A stretch of DNA of 64,000 nucleotides from Eukaryota sp. TZLM1-RC (Eukaryota; Protista; Metamonada: BaSk clade), in the NCBI GenBank assembly GCA_040285825.1, contig JAUPSS010000003.1, forward strand, positions 1,426,001-1,490,000, in the 5' to 3' direction. The notes beneath the pieces are model-generated. The model was given only the letters and a program-made list of their open reading frames with translations, was not told where the DNA came from and ran no database searches. Below, one piece after another: positions 56,577-64,000 of the stretch (position 1 is the stretch's first letter; each line of letters begins with the position of its first letter). A program made the translations under genes and the position numbers.

Positions 56577-59282
56577 AACAACCCACATTCAATCTTTTGT
56601 TTGTGAATAAAAGCTTGCATTTTACGAATGCTCCACAAATCAAGACTGTAAAAGTCAATTGTTAAAAAACTTGCCGAAGTTTGGCAACCACAAAGTTGGA
56701 AAAATCTATCAAAGTTGCTGAATTTGCAGTAAACGCGGATAATTCGGGGTTGGTATCTTCAATGGTCATTTCGTTAGACTCTGTCATTTGGGTGCTGTCG
56801 TAATCTACCTCAGTATACTTTTTCGCCAATAGTTTTTGTTTTTCATTCATTCTACTTTTCAAAGACCAAGACATCTGAGTCATTCTCAACCATTTAAATT
56901 TCTTGTCTTGATTCATCACCCGAATATTTCTTTGCTGTTCAGTTTCTTGTTCATGCACCATGGCTAATTCTTGATTCGTTTTTTTACTCCCAAAATACAA
57001 TAAATCACGTTTTCCAGGATCACAAACAACAATTCGTTTGTTTTGAAAAGCATCAACATCAACATAATGAATATATAAATCAGAAATACTGGCCTTGTTG
57101 ACTGGTTTACATTTCCGACCTTGTGAATCCCGACGAACAAATTCTACTGCAATACTAAATCCATCTGTGTGGATAATGCTGTTGAATTTATAGCTCTTCT
57201 GTTTGAACATTGGTTGGTTTAAATCGAGGATATTAGACCAAAGGTCAAATTGCTGAGGTGGTTTGAATTTCGTAATTTGGGCTAATGTATTGGACATTTT
57301 CAGCGTCTGTGTAGATGATAAATCATCCATCAATGTTTGTTTAACAATCCTCCATAGTGTTCTTGTATCAATGGGAAAATATCCAGGGCCTACAGTGGTT
57401 GAAACAGGAGAAATATGATAAGGTTTTTTCTCTCTACTGGAGATATAATGGGCAATTGTAATTGCTGGTTTTAAGAATATTTGAGGATTTTTTTCAACAG
57501 CGTCTCCAAGAAAATGTATATCCATTGGAAATATGTTGTCAACTAAATTCTCGTCAGTGACCAAATTGTCAATTTGGCAAGTAAATGGCTCAATAAGACC
57601 TTCAAATATGTCTCTAAGTTCATTATTTCTTATATCATGTTGTTCACATAAATCGAAAAATTCATCATTCAGAAGGGCTGAAATATTTTCAGGATGATGA
57701 AACAAAGAACCCAAGCAATCTCTATCATCAACTAAAAACAAGTTTTTGAATTGACGAAGCCTAAATCTATATAGTGAAATTATAGTAGACAATGGCGTTG
57801 AGTATCCACCCAGCTTGTGCATTTCTGCCAACACATTTTCCACATCTGGTTTGTCAAAATACACATTAATAAAACAATTGATATGTTTTTCATAACTTAA
57901 TTTCTAATTATTTTCAAATTTGGCAAACATTACTGGGGCCATATACTGAGGTGGTCTACTGAAGCAATCAGTTGGAAATCGTGGAAACTGTTCAGGCTTG
58001 TGTCTTAAGCGATCAAGATAACTCAATGTTTTGTTTAACTGTTTTGTTTTTTTGTTGCTAAAAGGCAGTTCTTGAATGATAAACTCTTTTACCATAAACA
58101 AAGTCTTCAAAATCCTGTGGAAATGCCCTTTTTGGTTTTACCATTTTTTGCCCATAATACTCAGTTGAAATAACGAATACTGGCCATTAATGATTCATAT
58201 AATTTGGCAGATATGTGTGGTAGTAGTAAATTACGTTCAAATCGGAACTGTAAATACAGCATCAAGCAACATGTAGTATGAATTCGTAACTGTTGAAATT
58301 TTAAAGCATTTTCTCTCAATTTGAGTATCACAGTTGAGTGTTTAGCCATTGAGTTGACGGTTGCTCGAATGGTTTTATAAGATGATAAAAAGAATTTATT
58401 TTTCTGAAACAGCACGAAAAGTTTCAGACAAAGGATACAATCATGAAGCCCATATTGAATTGAATATTGTTTCAGTGCAGAAGTTGCTAAACAATCAATT
58501 GGTAAATTATGGGTAAATTCCTCGTGAAGTTTGATTTTCTTTTCATTTATCTTTTTATATGCCAAATTGCCTAATCCATGTCCGTAGGGGATTTTAATAA
58601 ATCTCTTGGCAGATACCAGAGTATCTAAAAGATAAAAGCCATTTTCCCTGATGACAAATTCTCTCCATCTTGGTGAAAGTTGATTGAGTACCTCCACCAT
58701 TGGATCATTTGAAGCAGTGGGAAATGGTAAATTGAAATCATTGAATCTATTTTCCAATATTTGTAAATCGAATTTGATTAAATTATGATTCAATAAACAA
58801 TGTGGTAGATAATTGCCAATAAGGTTTGAAAATAAAGCAAAGTTTCCATATTGAAGAATAATTCTGCATGAACATTCATATCAATTTCAGGTAATGATGT
58901 AATCTGGGAACTCATCTTCAATAATACCGAATATTTGCTTTCCAAAAAGAAATTGTGTTGGTCAAACCTACCAATAACAATCGAAATTAACAACTTTTTT
59001 TGATCGAAAATGCAATCATCCATTTGCTCACCAATTTTCTTTTTCAAAAGATTTACACCCTCTTTTTTTCTTTTTGTTGATAATCTTATCAGGGAAGAGA
59101 ACTTGTTTCATTGTCAAAATCTTCGTGTTCTCAATATTCAACATTGTATTCTCAATACAAATTTTTCGTTTCAGTGCTTTTTGTTGTTTGTTCTGCTTAC
59201 GCTGTGATGTTTGTTGGTCAAAAATCGTTGTTCTAATTATTTCTGATGGAGGAGATGATTTACAATTGAGTGTTCTCTTTCT

Positions 59283-59312
59283 GGGACCAGGATTTGCTTC
59301 AACATTTCCATC
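59283..59312 (-). other. 2A-like (StopGo) peptide motif DGNVEANPG|P
   Basis: LTMDGNVEANPGP matches the G-D-V/I-E-x-N-P-G-P consensus except D>N (AAT for GAT). Confidence 0.65.
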
Positions 59313-60185
59313 CATTGTTAAATTAACAGTAATTGGGTTTGTTGATAGAAAATGTTGGAAGCTACTGCATTGAAAACACAAAATATAAACACAATAATCA
59401 AACTCAACAGTATCAAAGTATAAATTTAAGACACAACATTCCAAATCTACAGTGCAAGTACCTAAACCACAAAAATCAATAAAATCAAAAACATCAAAAT
59501 AACGACAATATAAAACAAAACACAAACAAAAACATCCCATATTTAAGGTGATTATCACCATGGCTGATTCAACAGCACCCATACCATTACTCACATGATG
59601 ACTCAAAAAAGTGCAGTACTCTACCCCCACGGCAGGATCAGAACGACGATTCCGACAGGAAATCGAAACTCTGACCTTCCGTTTATTCCTGTAAAGCAAG
59701 ATGACTGTTTCCGACTGAGGAGTTCGGGGGGAAGAACTCTTCTGCTCTGTGCAGAGGAGGTTGAAGGAAAAGGTGTGAACAGGGTCCGTTACTTCGTCAT
59801 CATTTTTTTCGCCTTGCTGCATGATGTTAGAAGAATGGAAAGAGTCAGGATAATATCGGTGTCTGACATGCTGATTGCAAGTTCAAATTGATTGCTAATT
59901 TCCACAATGGGGTCAAATACCTATCCAATGTATCTCTATTAGTGGTCATCAGCATCAGCTCTTTTTTAGCCAGTTTTTTCAGTCATATTGATTCCTTTCG
60001 ACTCAATCTTACTCATCTCAGCAGCATATGATTGACTTATGTGGTAAGGAATTTCCTTTGGATTAGGAATTTCTGAAACGGTTACCAGTTTGGTATCATA
60101 TTCGATAGGGACTATTCCAGCAATGACCTTTCTCTTTAATAAATTTAGTTCCCACAATTGTCATGAATTTATAATTCACTTTTTT

Positions 60186-62590
60186 ATGAATGCCTTCATT
60201 CATATACGCGATCTTGCTCCCCGTGAAGCTCATAGTCCTACTTCCATTCAACTTTTGAGTAATAAATACACTGGTAACTTAGCTGTACGTAAAAGTATGG
60301 CTAAGGGACATCTCTACACTTTGAGAGAATTACACTTTCATCAATGTCTCCAGAACTGCTCTGTTCTCAATGATTCAGTCATACAATACAACAAGGTCTA
60401 TGCAACCAATGATGAACAAAACTTTCTCATGCCATACTACTCTCAAGGCACACTTAGTGATAAACTCCACCCCAAGCTCGATCCCCAAGATTTTCACTCA
60501 ATATTTAACACCAACAACCCTGCCGATGTAGAGGGTGTGTGGAAGATCTTGGTTCAGCTTCTTGACTGCATTGCTTTTTTGCACAATACTTTGAACATTG
60601 CACATAGAGACATAAAGTCTGAGAATATACTCCTTGACGATGAAGGAAACCTTGTCTTGGTGGATTTTGATAGGTCAAATTTCATTAATGACAATCCTTT
60701 TACCACACGTGGTGTTGGAACCCCATTTTACTGTGCCCCTGAAATTTTTGAGACGGCATATGACGAATCAATTGATCTTTACTCAATTGGGATACTGCTA
60801 TATGAATCAAACACTGGAATTTGGCCTTATGTTCCTTTTGAAAAAAGCTTCACTCCTGGTAATGATTGGATAGCTGAGCTCCAGAGAATAATGCAAGAAA
60901 CCGAGCCAGATTACTCTAAAGTCGACTTTGAATTTAGGGATGTTATCAGGGGGTTTATTAGTAATGCTGCTGAAAGAAAGAGGACTTATAAGAATTTATT
61001 AAATGATGGAAAAGTTTTGCAAAAGATGCAGCAATATAAGCCAAAACGATCTCGTTATTGCACGATTACTCCATCTAAAGATTGTGATATTTTAATTATT
61101 TCTGATAAGTGTAAAGAGGAACTTGATCTCTTTGTTAAAAGCAAGGGAAATTTTGCTCAAGCTCTACTCCTTCATCCTAGCCACCACTCTGTACGACGTT
61201 CTTATTACCGGGATTTTATTATCCATTTATCCGAATTTGTTTTGGAAGGGTCTGGTGTCAAGGAAGTTTTGTTCGAAATGGCAGACCAGACTCTTTCATC
61301 TACATTGTTCAATTGTTATTATAAGATTGATACTCCTTATACCAGTCCTACTTCACTAGTGAAGGGTGATTTTAAAAAGGCATTATGTAGGTTTCCAAAA
61401 ACTTGCATATATTATTACAGTGAAGTTCAAGCCAGAACATCAGCTGGAATTAATCACCTCTCTGAATTTGCTCATTACTGTCGGTTTGATCGCAAGGTAT
61501 GTCCTTTAATTAATGATGAACAACATTTACTTGACTTCCACCACCTTGATCTCAAACGTTGTTATTATGGAATTGATTGTTATCGCTTTGGAAATCCAGA
61601 GCATAGGTTCAAGTACTATCACGACAATGTCCCAATTATCCCTACACATTGCCCAACAATGGATAATTGTTCTTTAAAAAATGATATTGATCATTTAAAA
61701 AAGTTTGGCCACTGGAATCTTAATAGTGATTCAGCTGATCTGGCCTTGTTCAACGAAAATAGAAGAAAAGATAATCAAATGAGAAGTGATTCAAGGAGAA
61801 GTCGCAGAAAAGGGCCTACCGATTCTTGTAATCAACCAGTTAAACAAAACTCAAATTTGGACTTATTCATGAGTACTAACCTTTGCACGCCTGATATTGA
61901 TGTTTCGTTAGTATTCGTCTGCGAAAGTTATCAATCAATGAGACCTCATCTTCTACAGTTAATAAGTCACCTCAATCAGTTAGATAATTCTTTACGAAGG
62001 GTGGCAAACAAAGCTGGTTTCAACTCTAATTTTGAAATCAGAATAGGCTTTGTAAATTGTATGGGTGTATTCTTGACTTACTCACTTTAGATTGTTCTCT
62101 CTTTCACTCCATCCCATGCAACTCATTAAATCTAAGTCCTGTTTCTGATATACATTCTAGAATTGAGGCAATAATACCACTAGTCACTAGGCATGATTAT
62201 GCAAATAATCCAGTCGATATCTGCTCTGGTGTTGAAGCTGCTTTGGAGCTTTTATCCCAAGCTAAAGCCACTAGTTTTAATTTAATTTCTATTCTTGGGT
62301 TTTCACCCCCTCATGGCACAAAATTCAACTGTGGGGTGGATGATCTACCCTTCTCCTCTTCCCAAGAGTCTCAGTGGGAGGACAGGTGGGAAACGGTTTT
62401 GGAACGATCAGCTGAGTTTAATCCACGTTATCTATTTTGTCCTATTGGTGACCATTCTTATTTTCGACCCTTAATAGATTATTTCAGTTGCAGTCTTGAC
62501 AAGGGTAACATTAACCAGACTGTAGGTGATGATTTATTTCCTGTTATTGAAAATATTTGTAAGTCATGCTATGAGGATTTTCTTTTATGA
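60186..62590 (+). CDS. Ser/Thr protein kinase with four PBZ-like zinc fingers and a C-terminal VWA-like domain; 32-nt intron at 62059-62090
   Basis: HRDIKSEN, DFD, GTPFYCAPE; CYYGIDCYRFGNPEHRFKYYH and three related C-C-H-H repeats. Intron GTATGG...CTCACTTTAG joins IRIGFVNY to PVDICSG...SPPHG. Confidence 0.8.
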
Positions 62591-62787
62591 TTTCCTAATA
62601 ATTATATAATAAAACGACTATTTTTTATTCGAAATTTATTTACAAATAACCAAAATCAAATCACAAACGCACAATTCAATGAACAATTCCCAAAAAATCA
62701 ACATAATCACTTTTCAAAAAGATACAAAAACCCTGAAAAATGAACACTGTTGAACCAGCTTCAATAATTCATTTTTAATAATCAAAT

Positions 62788-63705
62788 CTACCAACCATCA
62801 CAAAATTTTTGCTCAAAACAACCATAATCCTTTCCTTTAACTACACTGCCTTGAACTAGCTTGTAAACCCTTGGCCATTCTAAAATACGTCGTTCTTTAG
62901 GAACATTGACCGAAACTACTTCCCATTCACTAGCCAAGACTGACAAACCGTCGAGAACAGCAAAAACAACACCATCCATTCCCTGAGACGATAATAATCT
63001 TCTTCTAATAGTGGTATTTGGAATATTGATTAGATCTAATAAATCTTTGCAGACAGATATCACACCAAGAGCAAAAGGCCAATCAAATTTGATTGAATGT
63101 TCATGGATAGCTTTCCCATAATTTAGTTCCCCCATCCTTAATAAAATAGTAATAGGCATTAAGCCAACACCTCTGAAATCTCTGACAGGATTAGGTCCTT
63201 GGAATCCTAGATCTAACCAATACTTGGAATTTAATACATCTGAAGGAACATGTCCAAACCAATGCTGGTGAACACGAGAGCATAGAGCTAGAGTCTCCTG
63301 AGAGATGGTGGAAGGGTCTGCGGGATTGGGGTTGTGGTGTTTGACAAGCGATTGTAAGGTGGCGAAGGTGGAACTGAGGTGCTTGTAAAAGGTAAAATAG
63401 TAAGACAGCGCACAGAAGAGGGAAGATGACGTGGAAGAAAAGGAAAGTGAACGCAGAATAGAGATAGAAGAAAGATTGTCACAGGAGGGAGATGTGGGTG
63501 GTAGGATCCCGCGTTTAAGTAGGAGCGAGTCTAGTTCGGTTAAAAGAGCTGTTGCACTAACACTAGGAGGTATATGGTTACATGAAGCAAGTTTGAGAAG
63601 AATTTGTTTGGGTCGGGTCCTTTGTAACCATTTCAAAAGGAATGCAGCAAGTATTGAAATAACAAGAAACAGTGAAAGGATGTGGATGTATTGCTGAAAG
63701 ATCAT
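62788..63705 (-). CDS. ELMO/CED-12 domain protein (ELMOD-like Arf/Arl GAP)
   Basis: WLDLGFQGPNPVRDFRGVG, WPFALGVI; N-terminal TM segment. Confidence 0.85.
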   Translation of the reverse strand: MIFQQYIHILSLFLVISILAAFLLKWLQRTRPKQILLKLASCNHIPPSVSATALLTELDSLLLKRGILPPTSPSCDNLSSISILRSLSFSSTSSSLFCALSYYFTFYKHLSSTFATLQSLVKHHNPNPADPSTISQETLALCSRVHQHWFGHVPSDVLNSKYWLDLGFQGPNPVRDFRGVGLMPITILLRMGELNYGKAIHEHSIKFDWPFALGVISVCKDLLDLINIPNTTIRRRLLSSQGMDGVVFAVLDGLSVLASEWEVVSVNVPKERRILEWPRVYKLVQGSVVKGKDYGCFEQKFCDGW

Positions 63706-64000
63706 TATTACAGATATTGTCTATAACAATGAAATAAGTGTCCTATTTACAGTAATGTTGAGGGTGAGTTTTTGAGAAGATTTTCTCCTCCACCATCTAC
63801 TTATGCTTCCATCACTGACATCAATTTAGCGACGCAAAAATCCTCAGGTTCATTCAGTATACATGGTTTTGAATTGGAAGCAACCTTCTCGTGATGACGC
63901 CAGTCCAAAGCGTTGCCTTTCAGATCATCTCACTTATCAACTAGATAAAGAGCTTGTTAGTGATCTAGATTTCAATAAGGACTATAGTAAAGCTACGAAT
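63706..64000 (-). mobile_element. Fanzor copy B3: diverged 3' end abutting the ELMOD start codon, running off the window
   Basis: Same terminus as B1/B2 (ggacacttatttcattgttatagacaatatctgtaata-ATG) with decayed homology upstream (gcgtcgctaaat...cagtgatggaagca, the ASLN/VMEA region). Confidence 0.8.

Larger units (their letters stand above)
55820..59560 (-). mobile_element. Fanzor element copy C: complete but broken ORF, long N-terminal extension and upstream 2A-like motif; ends just before the WD40 ATG
   Basis: YKTIRATV...LMLYLQ...LPHI, FENN, FNSIIHTDGFS, RuvC-I VCDPGKRDLLY (~57000-57027), MGDY, HQRPTRG, RuvC-II IEEAFTSAKCPVC (~56110-56147), LLAC...C, RuvC-III FNRNKLACLN, RPQYLCSR* (stop 55872). 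The upstream boundary is uncertain. Confidence 0.85.

Noticed and set aside
42168-59560. Alternative genetic code or programmed frameshifting to explain stops in Fanzor and retro ORFs
   Set aside because: Host genes read normally and end in TAA, TAG or TGA. Lesions include deletions and insertions of all types, consistent with decay.
59620-59800. RNase P, SRP RNA or C/D snoRNA-like motifs (GGAAGGTCAGAG, GTCGGAAAC, ATGATGA...CTGA)
   Set aside because: Partner motifs (CR-V, helix-8 AGCAG pairing, terminal stem) are absent or misplaced. Kept only as an unassigned structured region.
1-64000. tRNA, rRNA or CRISPR arrays
   Set aside because: No cloverleaf, rRNA-like tract or regular repeat-spacer array was seen by eye.

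Overview
Gene-dense, AT-rich eukaryotic (protist-like) window with about 17 housekeeping or unknown genes: SF3B3, SMC5, CDC45, a GT77 glycosyltransferase, RPB6, NEMF/Rqc2, an EF-hand protein, SRP54, a DEAH helicase, SEC23, Aquarius, MVD, NMT, a WD40 protein, a kinase-PBZ-VWA protein, ELMOD and one unknown. Only four tiny (27-32 nt) introns were found. The genes are separated by nests of decayed mobile DNA: several families of RLE-type non-LTR retrotransposons, two hAT deletion derivatives with 8-bp TSDs, a PolB exonuclease relic, and five degenerate Fanzor (eukaryotic TnpB-like RNA-guided nuclease) elements of two subfamilies. The main signal is that every Fanzor copy retaining its 3' end sits co-oriented directly upstream of a host start codon (Aquarius, NMT, ELMOD, WD40). 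The fifth copy also points into SF3B3, with a retroelement in place of its 3' end. The predicted omegaRNA guide would therefore be the 5' end of the host gene, and the element end would have to act as that gene's promoter/5'UTR. One Fanzor copy is also preceded by a 2A-like ribosome-skipping motif. All calls come from manual reading and motif recall. No searches were run, and boundaries of decayed elements are approximate.
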